A DNA stretch of 64,000 bases, from the NCBI GenBank assembly GCA_016182185.1, contig JACOXU010000001.1, positions 207,251 through 271,250 of the forward strand, written 5' to 3'. The stretch is from Candidatus Levyibacteriota bacterium. Lineage in GTDB: Bacteria > Patescibacteriota > Microgenomatia > Levybacterales > UBA12049. Positions 46,238 through 56,697 of this stretch are shown in pieces (position 1 is the first letter of the stretch; the number at the start of each line of letters is the position of its first letter). The notes beneath the pieces are model-generated. The model searched no databases, had not been told where the DNA came from, and saw nothing but the letters and a program-made list of their open reading frames with translations. Position numbers and translations under genes: made by a program.

Positions 46238-47143
46238 CTATCTTTTTTTAAAATAGTCTACCGTTTGTCTAAGTCCCTCTCCTATAGTTGTCTTTGGTTG
46301 CCAATTAAGTAGCTTTGACGCTTTATGAATATCTAGTAACCATTCATCCGCTTCCCCCAATCTTTCCGGAATTTGTCCGTAGAAAACCTTAGATTTGCTT
46401 TTTGCGAAAGATAGTATAAGATCTACTATTTTACGTAGAGAATAACTTCTACCGCCGCTAATATTTATTATATTTACACCATTGTTAAATGTTGCTTCTT
46501 TAATTCTAATAAGTGCCTCAACAACGTCATCTATAAAAACATAGTCTCTTTTTTTTAGCCCTGAATTTAGGTCAATTTGTTTATTATTTATTGCCCGGAC
46601 AATAATCTGTGGTATTAATCTATGTATTCTATCGCCTGGCCCATACATAGTTCCTATTCGTGCAATAATTAATTGAAATTTAAATTCTTTTGCATAAATC
46701 ATGCACAATCTTTCGGCCGCCAGTTTAGAAATTGAGTATCCTGAGGGAGGATCCACTTTTGATTCTTCAGTGTAAGGAATATTGCTGTTTCCATATATTT
46801 CTTCTGTACTGATGAAAACAAATTTTTTTGGTGGATAATCTCTTAGAGATTCTAAAAGATTGAGAGTTCCTATCGTATTTATCTCAAGACAATTTTTGTA
46901 TACCTCATAATCCCTTGAAAGATTAACTAAACCCCCTATGTGGTAGATAACTGATGATCTTGCCCTGCTTATTGTTTCTTTTACCTCCTCAGGAAACAAA
47001 AAATTCATCTTTTGAATTTTTAGATTCTTATTTTCGCCTGAAGCAGTCGCAAAAACGTCTACTTTTTGTTTTGAAAGATACGCCAAGAAGCGTCTTCCTA
47101 AAAAACTTGTAGCGCCTGTCATCAATATTGTATCTTTTATCAT
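46238..47143 (-). CDS. NAD-dependent epimerase/dehydratase (SDR)
   Basis: The start was moved to the internal ATG at 47141-47143 (MIKDTILMTGATSFLGRRF), which forms an ATGA overlap with the upstream gene. STEEIYG and YSISK (YxxxK) are present. Confidence 0.65.
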   Translation of the reverse strand: MIKDTILMTGATSFLGRRFLAYLSKQKVDVFATASGENKNLKIQKMNFLFPEEVKETISRARSSVIYHIGGLVNLSRDYEVYKNCLEINTIGTLNLLESLRDYPPKKFVFISTEEIYGNSNIPYTEESKVDPPSGYSISKLAAERLCMIYAKEFKFQLIIARIGTMYGPGDRIHRLIPQIIVRAINNKQIDLNSGLKKRDYVFIDDVVEALIRIKEATFNNGVNIINISGGRSYSLRKIVDLILSFAKSKSKVFYGQIPERLGEADEWLLDIHKASKLLNWQPKTTIGEGLRQTVDYFKKR

Positions 47144-48156
47144 ATATGTAGAATTTTTTTGAGTGTTGCAAAAGAATATGCCAGAAGATACACCCAACAC
47201 ACAATTGGATGAAGAAACCAAGCTCGATCCCGAATGACAATGTATCCTCTTAAGCTGTCCATAAATGGCTTTACTAAAGTGATCGTATACAAAATGAATA
47301 AAATAAGTTTAATCGTGTCACTCAGTTTTTTTGGATTGTAGATATAATATCTCCTTTCCATTCTACTGTTTTTAGATTTAAAATAATACGAAAGAAGAAA
47401 GGCCATTCTTTTTTTCATCAACGTTCTTAGATTAACTGCCGTATCATGTGAGATGCTATTTTTAACTATCGCATACGTGTCGTATTTTTTATCAAGCAAA
47501 TCAACAAAAACATCCATGTGAAGAAACTTTGACGGATCACTTTGAGCATGCGCAAGTAATAAGTCTTTTCTATATACAACTCCATTGCATCCAACAGTCG
47601 GAAGAGTTTCGTGAGTGAACTTTACTATATAATAACGCTGTGTTTCCTTTAAAATTGTACCAACGGCCCACTTTTTCTTAAAATAAGGAAGTCGATCGGG
47701 TTTACCTATGTAGAAAACGACAGGATCTAACACTCCAAATAACGCAACGTATCTGTTAAAAATGTTGTCTGTTTCTGTATATGTAAAGTAAATTGTACCA
47801 GCATGAATTATTTTCTTTTCACTCATAAAAGGCTCAACCATTTGCTTGAGCCAATTTTTATGGGGAATGTAATTGTCTGCATCTAATGATACGATGAGAT
47901 TATTTTTTGCATACATCAAGCCAATTGCTCTTTGAGCCTCGGCGTTATGCGGAATCGGACTTTTAATTATTTTGAAAGAATGATTCTTTAATATTTTTTC
48001 TGTATTGTCAGTAGATCCTCCATCGATATTTAAATATTCAATTTTTTCTTTGGGGTAATCTTGAAACTTAATGGCCTGAACGCATTTTTTGATCGTCCTT
48101 CCATTATTGTAGGTAACAATTACTATCGAGATTTTTGGTAATTTTTTATTTTTCAT
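47140..48156 (-). CDS. GT2-family glycosyltransferase with C-terminal TM helices
   Basis: ISIVIVTYNNGRTI...NIDGGSTDNT...LDADN. Confidence 0.8.
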   Translation of the reverse strand: MKNKKLPKISIVIVTYNNGRTIKKCVQAIKFQDYPKEKIEYLNIDGGSTDNTEKILKNHSFKIIKSPIPHNAEAQRAIGLMYAKNNLIVSLDADNYIPHKNWLKQMVEPFMSEKKIIHAGTIYFTYTETDNIFNRYVALFGVLDPVVFYIGKPDRLPYFKKKWAVGTILKETQRYYIVKFTHETLPTVGCNGVVYRKDLLLAHAQSDPSKFLHMDVFVDLLDKKYDTYAIVKNSISHDTAVNLRTLMKKRMAFLLSYYFKSKNSRMERRYYIYNPKKLSDTIKLILFILYTITLVKPFMDSLRGYIVIRDRAWFLHPIVCWVYLLAYSFATLKKILHI

Positions 48157-49270
48157 TTAGTTTATGATTAAGTAAATAGTTATTGAAATTATTGAAGCTT
48201 TTAGACCAAGAGAAATTTTTACTCCACTTAATTGAGTTCTGATAAAGACTACTTCTGTCTTTATTTTCAATTAAACTGATTAAGGCATTAGCAATCTCAG
48301 TGGGCGATGGATTACTTGATAAAATTGTTCCTGTTCTTTTATGAATTACAGAATCCCGCAGACCCGTTACATTTGATACTATTGATGGTGTCCCGCATGC
48401 GGCCGCTTCGGTAACCACCATGCCCCAGCCCTCTTTTACCGATGGTAATATTAATGCCCACGCTTGCTGCATTAATCTAACTTTTTCATCGCGCATATCC
48501 CTTTTGAGAAAAAAATTATTTTTGTTAACTATAAATACATTTTTTTTGAGTTTTAATTTTTCGATTTGTGTTTTTAAGTTTTTCTCCTCTTTCCCATATC
48601 CTATTAAATATAATTTAGCTTTTGGATATTTAGAAATAACAATAATCATTGCAGAAACACATCTTTCAGGTCTTTTATTCCGAACAAACCTTGCGACAAA
48701 AATGAACGTTGGGTTTTCGGATTTCTTTTGTGGATAATATCTTTTGTGATCGAGTCCAAGAGGAAAAACATAAATATTCTTCTTATCAATCCCAAGAGAT
48801 ATTAAATCCTCTTTTGTGCTATTACTATAACAAACAACATCTGTATTCTTATAAGTAAGGTATTGTAACGGTTCAACTAGATAAGCCAGTATGGAAAAAG
48901 GGAACGGGTATTCATAAAAGAATACTTCCCTCGCCGCTTGATTAGTATATAAAACCCTTCTATCTTTACTTACATAAAGAGGCGTTTGCCAACAAGCCGT
49001 ATTTACGCAATCTAGCACGATGTCGGGTTTTACTTTTAGACTCCGATAATATTGAAAAGCATGAAAAAATACTGAATATTTTCCTCCTGAACGAATTATT
49101 TTTATTCCTTCCTGCACCTCTTCTTCGGAAGAATTCTTAAAACCACTGCAAAACCAAGTAACAGAATTACCTTTTTTGACAAGTCTTTTGACGAGCTCGT
49201 AAAGAATAATTTCAGCTCCTCCGCCTTCCGGATTCTTGATATCACGCCAATTAAGTATTAATATATTCAT
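48146..49270 (-). CDS. GT4-family glycosyltransferase
   Basis: MNILILNWRDIKNPEGGGAEI...EGWGMVVTEAAACGTPSIVSN. Confidence 0.8.
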   Translation of the reverse strand: MNILILNWRDIKNPEGGGAEIILYELVKRLVKKGNSVTWFCSGFKNSSEEEVQEGIKIIRSGGKYSVFFHAFQYYRSLKVKPDIVLDCVNTACWQTPLYVSKDRRVLYTNQAAREVFFYEYPFPFSILAYLVEPLQYLTYKNTDVVCYSNSTKEDLISLGIDKKNIYVFPLGLDHKRYYPQKKSENPTFIFVARFVRNKRPERCVSAMIIVISKYPKAKLYLIGYGKEEKNLKTQIEKLKLKKNVFIVNKNNFFLKRDMRDEKVRLMQQAWALILPSVKEGWGMVVTEAAACGTPSIVSNVTGLRDSVIHKRTGTILSSNPSPTEIANALISLIENKDRSSLYQNSIKWSKNFSWSKSFNNFNNYLLNHKLNEK

Positions 49271-50157
49271 TACAAAAGACTAATTATTTCTCGAAGATCA
49301 TCTATCCTGATTATTTTTCCCTCAATGTGCGCACCCTTTATTGTCTCGTCGACCAGAATGCCCATACCAAAACCAAGCTCACTTATTGGAACCACAAGAT
49401 CGTCTTCAAAAGAATTCCCAACGACTACCAAATCTTCTGAACCTACATATCTCCCTAAAACTTTATTTATCGTAGATATTCCTTTCTTAAAATAATCCCT
49501 TGAAGGCTTATCATGTGGATCTCCAACTATAATATCATTAAAATATAATCCTTCTTTTCGAAGCTCTTCCATACGCCTCTTTTTGAATTCTTCGGAATAA
49601 ATTGGGTCATAAGAAAAAACTCCGTTTTCAAAAAGTAACCTTCCATCACTACTTGTTAATAAATAAATTGGGATATTATGTTTTTTAAGCTCCTTGAATA
49701 AAATTTTTGCAGATATGAAAGTTTTTGCTTTTTTTGTAATTGCATGCCAATGAGCATCTACTACTGATTTTATTATTCTGTTGTCTATTTCTACCCCTAC
49801 ACTATCTGCAGCAATCTTAAGAAATACCTCCCTGCTCCATTTTTTTATAAATCCCCATTTGTCATTTATTAATTTCTGATGAAGACTTATCTTTGAAAGT
49901 ATCTCCTTATATGCCTTCTTACCACCCGGAACACCATCCCAATCCTTCTCGTTTGTTATGAGAAAACCTGCAATCATAAGACTTGTTATATAGTGAACAT
50001 GCTTAATAATACTATTTGCTTTATGTTTCTCTATTCCGTTATCTATAAGTTCTTGTTCCATGCTCTTCATTGCATAAAGATGACCCGTTGCTGTATTAAT
50101 CAAAGTATGGTTAACATCAAATAGAAAAATTTTATTCTTTAAATTCACGCTTTTCAT
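49270..50157 (-). CDS. HAD-superfamily-like hydrolase (atypical motif I)
   Basis: IFLFDVNHTL (the DxDxT position, with D-x-N), LLTSS, a K...D pair and a terminal VVVGNSFEDD (GDxxxD-like). Weak. Confidence 0.35.
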   Translation of the reverse strand: MKSVNLKNKIFLFDVNHTLINTATGHLYAMKSMEQELIDNGIEKHKANSIIKHVHYITSLMIAGFLITNEKDWDGVPGGKKAYKEILSKISLHQKLINDKWGFIKKWSREVFLKIAADSVGVEIDNRIIKSVVDAHWHAITKKAKTFISAKILFKELKKHNIPIYLLTSSDGRLLFENGVFSYDPIYSEEFKKRRMEELRKEGLYFNDIIVGDPHDKPSRDYFKKGISTINKVLGRYVGSEDLVVVGNSFEDDLVVPISELGFGMGILVDETIKGAHIEGKIIRIDDLREIISLL

Positions 50158-50237
50158 GTTTTTTGCATAAACCGTTTACTTCTTTATAGAAACACCTGCG
50201 GTTTTTTAAGTGTTGTCAGCCCTTTAATATCCCAGTG

Positions 50238-50990
50238 TTAATGAGTTTTATTTATTTTACTATAATAATTAAGTATTTTAAGTCTGTAGAATACAGCAAT
50301 TGTATCCCACAATGCGTTAAATATTATATTCCAAAAATTTCTAGAGGTTATACTTCCGCTTTTAAAATTGAGTTTTATAGGAGACTCATAAATTCTTGTA
50401 TATCCCAGTTTATGTGCCAGAGCTAAAACTTCTATGTCAAAGGCAAATCTTTTAACAATTATCATCGGGAAAACTTCTTTTGCAACCCGTTTTTTAAATA
50501 TTTTAAGTCCAACCTGCGTGTCTTTAATTTCAAATCCAAAAAGTGCGTGGGTAAGAGTTCTATATCCCCAAGATAGGATTTTTCTAGTAAATGGGTAATT
50601 CACCTTTGATTCAGGATGAAGTTTACTGCCCATAACAATGTCTGCTTTATTCCAATCCATAATATCAAGCATTATTGAAATTTGCGTCGGATCTAAATCC
50701 ATCCCCGCATCAATAAAACCTATTGTTTCGCCTCTAGCTTCGCTTACTCCGTATTTAATTGCAAAACCCTTTCCTTTGTTTTCTTCGTACCCGAAGATTT
50801 TTATATTATTATTTTTTATTGATTTTAGAATTTCATATGTTTTATCCACAAAACCATCAACAACTATAAGTATTTCGTAATTAATATGAAGTGAGGTTAA
50901 AATTCTATTAAGATTCTTAATATCTCTAATTATAGTTTTTTCTTGTTTATAGGCAGGAACTATTATTGAAAGAAGATTTCCTTCACTCAT
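50238..50990 (-). CDS. GT2-family glycosyltransferase (DPM1-like)
   Basis: SIIVPAYKQEKTI...LIVVDGFVDKT...IDAGMD. The start was moved to the internal ATG (MSEGNLLSII) to avoid an 83-nt overlap; the longer form would add an N-terminal TM helix. Confidence 0.7.
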   Translation of the reverse strand: MSEGNLLSIIVPAYKQEKTIIRDIKNLNRILTSLHINYEILIVVDGFVDKTYEILKSIKNNNIKIFGYEENKGKGFAIKYGVSEARGETIGFIDAGMDLDPTQISIMLDIMDWNKADIVMGSKLHPESKVNYPFTRKILSWGYRTLTHALFGFEIKDTQVGLKIFKKRVAKEVFPMIIVKRFAFDIEVLALAHKLGYTRIYESPIKLNFKSGSITSRNFWNIIFNALWDTIAVFYRLKILNYYSKINKTH

Positions 50991-51537
50991 TAGTATTGAA
51001 AAGTTTCCTAATAATATCCCAATTAAAAAAAGTGTCATCGGGAAATTTAATACCAGCTCTATCAAAAGGCAATCTTTCTTCTTCTTCTGGATTATAAAGT
51101 GCAGTCGGAAAGTTTAGCAAAATCGCTGGCTTTTGAGATACGACTAGGAACCCATGAAGAGTCTTCTTTGGTATCAACAGGATATATGGGTCAATGTCAG
51201 ATTGCATGTGAAATAAATTCAATAATCCTTTTGTCGGTGATTCTTCTCGGTTATCTGCAATTGCAACTACTGTTGCACCTTGGACAACAATAAATCTGTC
51301 GTCCTGAACTGTTGGATGATAATGCCAAACGTCTTCATCTCGAGCCGTACCTGGAGGAGTAACAGAGTAATATTGCATAAAAAATTCTCTTTTTTTTCCG
51401 TAAATCTCCTTCCAATCTATCCTTAAAGTTTCAACCAGGACTCCCGATTCGTCGCTATTTATTTTGAGCGGATAAAGAAAAACGTCTTTAATAAGATCAG
51501 CACTATCCTTATTCTTAAAATCAATAAACTCAATCAT
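50983..51537 (-). CDS. rmlC: dTDP-4-dehydrorhamnose 3,5-epimerase
   Basis: KINSDESGVLVE..., ESPTKG, LLIPKKTLHGF and YNPEEEERLPFDRAGIKFP match RmlC family motifs. Confidence 0.75.
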   Translation of the reverse strand: MIEFIDFKNKDSADLIKDVFLYPLKINSDESGVLVETLRIDWKEIYGKKREFFMQYYSVTPPGTARDEDVWHYHPTVQDDRFIVVQGATVVAIADNREESPTKGLLNLFHMQSDIDPYILLIPKKTLHGFLVVSQKPAILLNFPTALYNPEEEERLPFDRAGIKFPDDTFFNWDIIRKLFNTNE

Positions 51538-51581
51538 TGATAAATGATATCAAATATTAATTGTTATTCCAACTACGTGCT

Positions 51582-52901
51582 CTAATTTCTTGGATTATTA
51601 ACAAAAGTAATGGCTTTTATAATTCTATTAAAATTTCCGTATTCTTTAAAATAGTATGCGAGAAGAATTATAAAAATTACCGATGAGGCAATAAGGGAAA
51701 CGCCAATTACCTGAAAAAAAGTTCTATGGAAAGCCGAAATAAGTATTATTTGAGAGAGCACCCCTAATCCAATAATTATAAATACATTTGTTTTTTTTAA
51801 AGAAAGGAAAAAATTTGCACATACATTTAACAAGCTAAATACTACAATAAACAAACCATAAATTCCAAGATAGGGAGAGATTTCTACATACTCTCTTCCT
51901 CCTAAAAAGAAATTAATAGTAAGTAGTGGAAAGAGAAAGTAAAATAGCATTATCACAATTGAAGGAATAGCTACCAATATTAAAGCCAGGTAAAATAAAG
52001 AATTATAATCTTTCCCGAGATTATGTCTTTTAATAAGCAAAGGGAACATAACAGATACTATAGGGCTAGTAAAATAGAATATTACCTTGCCTGCGAGAGA
52101 AAGACCTGCATATAGCCCTGCATCATGAGCATGGAAAAAATGCTTAACTAAAATTATGTCTATTGAAGTAAGAGAATTAAGAGAAAGAATTGTAATAGTG
52201 GTTGGAAGAGCATAAATTATGATTTCTTTTGTTGGAAATTTAATATCCATAGTTTTCTTTTTATTTATCAAGAAACGAAGCGGTATAAATGTAAAAAATA
52301 AAGGTAATAAAAAAGCGAGCACTATTGCCCAAAGAGCAGCGAATACCTTAAATCCCAAAAATACCAGCAGTCCTCCAATCGCAATCTTTAAAGCCCCTCC
52401 TGCTATCTGAGTAAAAGAAATAAACGAAAATTTAAGCAAGCTTTGTAGATAAGCATTATTAACTATTCCCAAATAATTAATGCTCACAATAAAGCCAGTT
52501 AAAATAACATACCAAATATTATCTAGATTTAAAAATTCTTTTATTGAGATCGAAAATAAAACAAATCCCAGAAATATAAAAATGGAAAAAATTATAGACA
52601 ATTTTAATAATCTAGAATATAATACTTTAGCTTCATCGATTTTGTTTTTGGTAAAATAGTCAGCGGCAAATTTAATAATTACAGTCGTTATAGACTGAGC
52701 AGGAATTCCTATAAGAATAAAAAGTGATAATAAACTAGCATAAGCTCCATAATCTACGGTATTAAGATTTCGAGCAAGGAGAAGATTAAATAAGAAAGCA
52801 AAAATGTTGGCAATTAAAGATCCTGTGAATATATAAAAACTCCCTGTTATTAATTCATGTTTTATAAATTTTTCTCCTATATTTAATAAATTCTGTTTCA
52901 T
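51582..52901 (-). CDS. wzx: Wzx-type polysaccharide/oligosaccharide flippase (MOP superfamily)
   Basis: A 439-aa protein with about 12 TM helices and N-terminal ...FTGSLIANIFAFLFNLLLARNLNTVDYG, as in polysaccharide biosynthesis protein family members. Confidence 0.6.
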   Translation of the reverse strand: MKQNLLNIGEKFIKHELITGSFYIFTGSLIANIFAFLFNLLLARNLNTVDYGAYASLLSLFILIGIPAQSITTVIIKFAADYFTKNKIDEAKVLYSRLLKLSIIFSIFIFLGFVLFSISIKEFLNLDNIWYVILTGFIVSINYLGIVNNAYLQSLLKFSFISFTQIAGGALKIAIGGLLVFLGFKVFAALWAIVLAFLLPLFFTFIPLRFLINKKKTMDIKFPTKEIIIYALPTTITILSLNSLTSIDIILVKHFFHAHDAGLYAGLSLAGKVIFYFTSPIVSVMFPLLIKRHNLGKDYNSLFYLALILVAIPSIVIMLFYFLFPLLTINFFLGGREYVEISPYLGIYGLFIVVFSLLNVCANFFLSLKKTNVFIIIGLGVLSQIILISAFHRTFFQVIGVSLIASSVIFIILLAYYFKEYGNFNRIIKAITFVNNPRN

Positions 52902-52902
52902 A

Positions 52903-54033
52903 TTAAGCTATAAAATAACCTCTAAGAAAGAAGGATGTTAATATGATTAATAATATTGATAATATTGTCAATAATAATAGTTTATATACAGTTTTTTTAA
53001 TTCTAGCCAGTAATATAAAAATGGGAAAAACAACAAGCGTATATCTTGGCATGGAAGATAACGTCCCTGAAAATGTTGGAACTATAATAGCAAATAAACT
53101 AAACAATACATAGGAAAACCTAATGTTTTTTCTAAATAACATTAGCAAAAGTAAAAATGCAGAAAAAATAATAATTTCCAAGAGAGCGATAAGATAATTA
53201 TGTGTTAGAGGATTGAGGGTAGTCAATATTTTCACATATCTAAAAAATAATTGTGGCAGTAAAATTATTTCCCCCCCGCTTCTTTCTGCCCCGAAAGCAG
53301 GCTGAGTATGAATGAATAAGAAGGAATCTTGGTAGTTAACCCATAAGTAAATCATATAAGCAAGTACTCCAGATGAAGAAATTAGAGTAAAAGAAAGAAA
53401 ATTTAAGAGATATGACTTTAAATTACTCACATTTTTAATTCTAGAAAGATAAAATTCTAGTAAAAGAGGAATCAAAAGAAAAATTCCGATTATTCTTGTT
53501 GCTGAAGCAAATCCAATTAAAATACTCGTCAAAGTAAATTTTTGCCTACGCATGAAATAAAAAGACGAAAAGACAAAGGCAAGAAATAAAGATTCAGTAT
53601 ATATACTGCCTAAAAAAAATGCTGTTGGGAAAAACAACAAGAAAATAAGAGTCCACTTTACGGTATCAGTTTTAAAATCCATTGAAGCTAACTTATATAA
53701 AAATATTAGAGAGATTAATAAACTAACATGAACAATAAATAACGCGCTGAGAATATAATTTCCCATAAAGAAAAGAGAAAAAAATTTAATTAATAACGGA
53801 AATAAGGGGAAAAATGCCTGTTGATAAATACCGTATCCATATTTAGCAATGTTTAGATAATGCTCTCCGTCAAAATTCGCCCATGGAATAAGACCTGTAA
53901 ATTGAGGGTTTAAAATAATATATTTACTGAAATATTCAACAACATAAAGAACGAGTTTCCAAATAACAAATAATATAAAAATAAATAAAAATAAATCCCT
54001 ATTGCCCTTTAATAACTTCTTCATATACGGCAT
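52903..54033 (-). CDS. polytopic membrane protein, PIG-V/DUF2029-like mannosyltransferase-type GT-C; start uncertain
   Basis: WANFDGEHYLNIAKYGY...AFFPLFPLL resembles PIG-V-type GT-C motifs. The track ORF start (54195) would overlap the upstream GT4 by 197 nt. An internal ATG at 54033 (or 54024) is preferred. Confidence 0.4.
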   Translation of the reverse strand: MPYMKKLLKGNRDLFLFIFILFVIWKLVLYVVEYFSKYIILNPQFTGLIPWANFDGEHYLNIAKYGYGIYQQAFFPLFPLLIKFFSLFFMGNYILSALFIVHVSLLISLIFLYKLASMDFKTDTVKWTLIFLLFFPTAFFLGSIYTESLFLAFVFSSFYFMRRQKFTLTSILIGFASATRIIGIFLLIPLLLEFYLSRIKNVSNLKSYLLNFLSFTLISSSGVLAYMIYLWVNYQDSFLFIHTQPAFGAERSGGEIILLPQLFFRYVKILTTLNPLTHNYLIALLEIIIFSAFLLLLMLFRKNIRFSYVLFSLFAIIVPTFSGTLSSMPRYTLVVFPIFILLARIKKTVYKLLLLTILSILLIILTSFFLRGYFIA

Positions 54034-55066
54034 TCGTTTCTTTAGCTGTTTTTTGCCAGGAAAATTTTTTGGACTGAATTGATCCTTTTTCTGAAAGTTC
54101 TTTCTGTAAATTTGTATTCGAAAAAACCTCTTCAATTCCCTCTCTAATACTATTGGCATCATAGGGATCAACATAGAAAACAGCATCTTCTGCAACTTCG
54201 GGAATTGATCCCTCTCTTGAGGTTACTACCGGACAACCGCAAGACATTGCCTCAAGAATCGGCAGTCCAAATCCCTCATACAAGCTCGGCATTGCAAAAA
54301 CTGATGCGTAATTATAAAGAGAAACTAAATCTTTTTGATCCACAAATCCAAGCCTAATAAATCTGCCATCATTTCTAATCATTTCTTGAATTTTTCTAAG
54401 ATCCTGATTCCATGGATTATCAATGTCGTAATCTTTAGATATTAAAGCTTCTCCAATCATTACGATCTTAAGGTTCGTTTTTTTAATCGCTTCGATTAAC
54501 CGAGGTAAATTCTTATTCCATGTCACATCACCTACATAAAGAACAAAACTTTCCGGCAGGCTGTATTTCTTTCTCAAATTCTGAATTTTGAATTCTGAAT
54601 TTTGAATTCTTTTGAATTCTTCTCCCGCAGCTAAATATACAACACTAATTTTATTTTCATCAATTCCGGCGAATTTGCTTATATCTCTCTTTGATGACTC
54701 AGAATCTGTAATAATAGTTTCTACCTTATTCAGCGCTTTTTTTTGTATTTGCCACCTCAATTCTCCTTTTATGCCTCTTGGAAAATAATTGGGAAAAACA
54801 AGAGGAGTTAAATCATGAACAGTGACAATTGTCTTAAATTTTTTAAAAAAGGGCAGCGTCAAAAAAAAGGGTTCAAAATAAGGGTAGTGGACTAAATCTA
54901 GTTTTTGGAGTAATTTTTCTCCTCGAGTAAAAAAAATATACTTATTTTCTGGATAGTACTTCAATAGAGCCTTTTTAAGATTTTTTAAATAAAAGCCCGT
55001 ACCCCTAACTCTGTGCTGTAAATAATTTTTCTTTTCCAATGGAGAGATATCGATACCAATTATCAT
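53999..55066 (-). CDS. GT4-family glycosyltransferase; its interdomain linker contains a heptamer/14-mer repeat
   Basis: MIIGIDISPL...EAMSCGCPVVTSREGSIPE. The linker EEFKRIQNSEFKIQNLRKK is encoded by (AATTCTGAATTTTG)x2 and related copies at 54577-54620. Confidence 0.8.
   Translation of the reverse strand: MIIGIDISPLEKKNYLQHRVRGTGFYLKNLKKALLKYYPENKYIFFTRGEKLLQKLDLVHYPYFEPFFLTLPFFKKFKTIVTVHDLTPLVFPNYFPRGIKGELRWQIQKKALNKVETIITDSESSKRDISKFAGIDENKISVVYLAAGEEFKRIQNSEFKIQNLRKKYSLPESFVLYVGDVTWNKNLPRLIEAIKKTNLKIVMIGEALISKDYDIDNPWNQDLRKIQEMIRNDGRFIRLGFVDQKDLVSLYNYASVFAMPSLYEGFGLPILEAMSCGCPVVTSREGSIPEVAEDAVFYVDPYDANSIREGIEEVFSNTNLQKELSEKGSIQSKKFSWQKTAKETNAVYEEVIKGQ
54577..54620. repeat. 14-nt tandem repeat (AATTCTGAATTTTG)x2 plus degenerate copies inside a GT4 coding sequence
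   Basis: Two exact 14-mers at 54577-54604, followed by aattcttttg aattcttc. Confidence 0.8.
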
Positions 55067-56697
55067 ATTATCTTATATCGAAAATTTTTGAAAATTATTA
55101 TCGTAAATATTACGAAAGATATCAATGAAAGAGCTTCAGCAAAATTTCTGACCGAAGTATTTCCAAATTTTAGTTCAACAACATGTTTCCCTCTTGGAAC
55201 TAAAAATTTAATTAAACCGTTTTCAGTACGTCCCAGAGCTGAAGGTCTATTATCTATAGTAACATACCAGCCGGGAAAATAAGCAGTGTTTACAATAATT
55301 TCGCTTTTTTCTTTTATCTTTATTTCAAATAAGTATCTCGATGGGTTTAATTTTTTTATGAAAATTTCTCCGTGATTTTTATTAATAGATATCTTTTTAT
55401 CACTTCTGGAAAATGATCCATTGATCCAATTTGTGTTAAATAAATTCCCTGGACTATTTGTCCCGTCCATAAAATTTGATCGGGTTAAATAGTAATTATC
55501 TTCTCTATCAAAATAATGAGCTGGTCGAGCATAACCTATCCCGAGCAGGAATACTAAAAAAATTATGATTCCGGCTAGTATTTTTGAATGATATACAGAA
55601 AATAGGCTTCCAGCCATGAACGACGCTGTAAGCATCACGATACTTAAAAATCGCCATGGAAACTGAAAATAGTTCATAAGCGGGAAAAAATCCCAAATAG
55701 AGATAGAGAACTTTGTTATCAATAAAACTGATAAAAAAAACCAAATTAAGAAAAACAAGAGGATTTTAAATTTTTTATCTTTCCTCTTCAGCAAGGGGAC
55801 AAGTAAAACAATACTTGCTAAAACCGCAAAAATATTTGCTATTCCAATTTGAACTGACATTTCGTTTCCTCCCCCCGTTCCGAAAAAGCCGGAACCCCAC
55901 GATGGAATAATGAGCTGGTAAATCTCGGCAAAGTTTCTTTTGACATCAAAAATTTGAAGACCGGTAACGTATTTTAGTTCAAAAATTGCCGGAATCCAAA
56001 AAATAGACGCTAACCCTAGTCCGAGAAAAATAACGGCTACAGAATTTTTTAAACTTGTAATTATATTATTACCTAAATAACTTAGTAATAACATATAAGA
56101 CAGGACGAATGGAAAAAAGGCAAAGGCAAGTATATTGTGTGCAAATATTATTAAAGCCAAAATTAAACCGGAAAATGCAATAAAGATTTTTTCATCTCTA
56201 AATATTGCTTTTGTTACAGCCCATAAAAAAACGGGAAATAATCCCAAAGCCCAAACCTCACCGACTGATCCTCTAATATAGATGTCTACAAAAAAATATG
56301 GTGAAAATGAATAGAAAATTGCGCCAACTACTCCTCCTAACTTACCCCAAAATTCTTTACTCCATAAATAAAAAGATATAGCACCAAAAACATAGGCCAT
56401 GAACATATTCAACTTAAAGGCATTAATAAAGCTAATTCCAAGCAAATGCAAGAACGATGCAATATAGTTAGGTAAGGGGTAAACATAGTTAAAAAGTGGT
56501 ACTCCCAAACCGAAATTTAAGTCCGGTGCCCAACGGGGATATAAATTTCCATCTGCTAAAACTTTATAAAATTCATAAAAACGCACAATATGATACTCAC
56601 CGTCATGGGTTGGAATGAGACCGGAATAAAGCAAAGGGAATCCTCCTATCAAAGGAAAAATAATTAACAAAACCCATACTAGATATTTCTTGACCAT
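55063..56697 (-). CDS. polytopic membrane protein, uncharacterised GT-C-like family (paralog of 60120..61763)
   Basis: Shared N-terminal motif PTHDGEYHIVRF...NLYPRWAPDLNFGLGVPLF.YVYPLPNY. The C-terminal soluble domain has YFPGWYV...VPRGKHVVE, followed by a TM anchor. Confidence 0.45.
   Translation of the reverse strand: MVKKYLVWVLLIIFPLIGGFPLLYSGLIPTHDGEYHIVRFYEFYKVLADGNLYPRWAPDLNFGLGVPLFNYVYPLPNYIASFLHLLGISFINAFKLNMFMAYVFGAISFYLWSKEFWGKLGGVVGAIFYSFSPYFFVDIYIRGSVGEVWALGLFPVFLWAVTKAIFRDEKIFIAFSGLILALIIFAHNILAFAFFPFVLSYMLLLSYLGNNIITSLKNSVAVIFLGLGLASIFWIPAIFELKYVTGLQIFDVKRNFAEIYQLIIPSWGSGFFGTGGGNEMSVQIGIANIFAVLASIVLLVPLLKRKDKKFKILLFFLIWFFLSVLLITKFSISIWDFFPLMNYFQFPWRFLSIVMLTASFMAGSLFSVYHSKILAGIIIFLVFLLGIGYARPAHYFDREDNYYLTRSNFMDGTNSPGNLFNTNWINGSFSRSDKKISINKNHGEIFIKKLNPSRYLFEIKIKEKSEIIVNTAYFPGWYVTIDNRPSALGRTENGLIKFLVPRGKHVVELKFGNTSVRNFAEALSLISFVIFTIIIFKNFRYKII

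Noticed and set aside
50158-50237. The 80-bp intergenic gap, the largest in the leftward operon, examined for a terminator or promoter (aacac...gtgtt inverted repeat)
   Set aside because: The stem is only 5 bp with a 14-nt loop and no U-tract. Promoter-like hexamers have wrong spacing. Most likely it is just a spacer within the operon.
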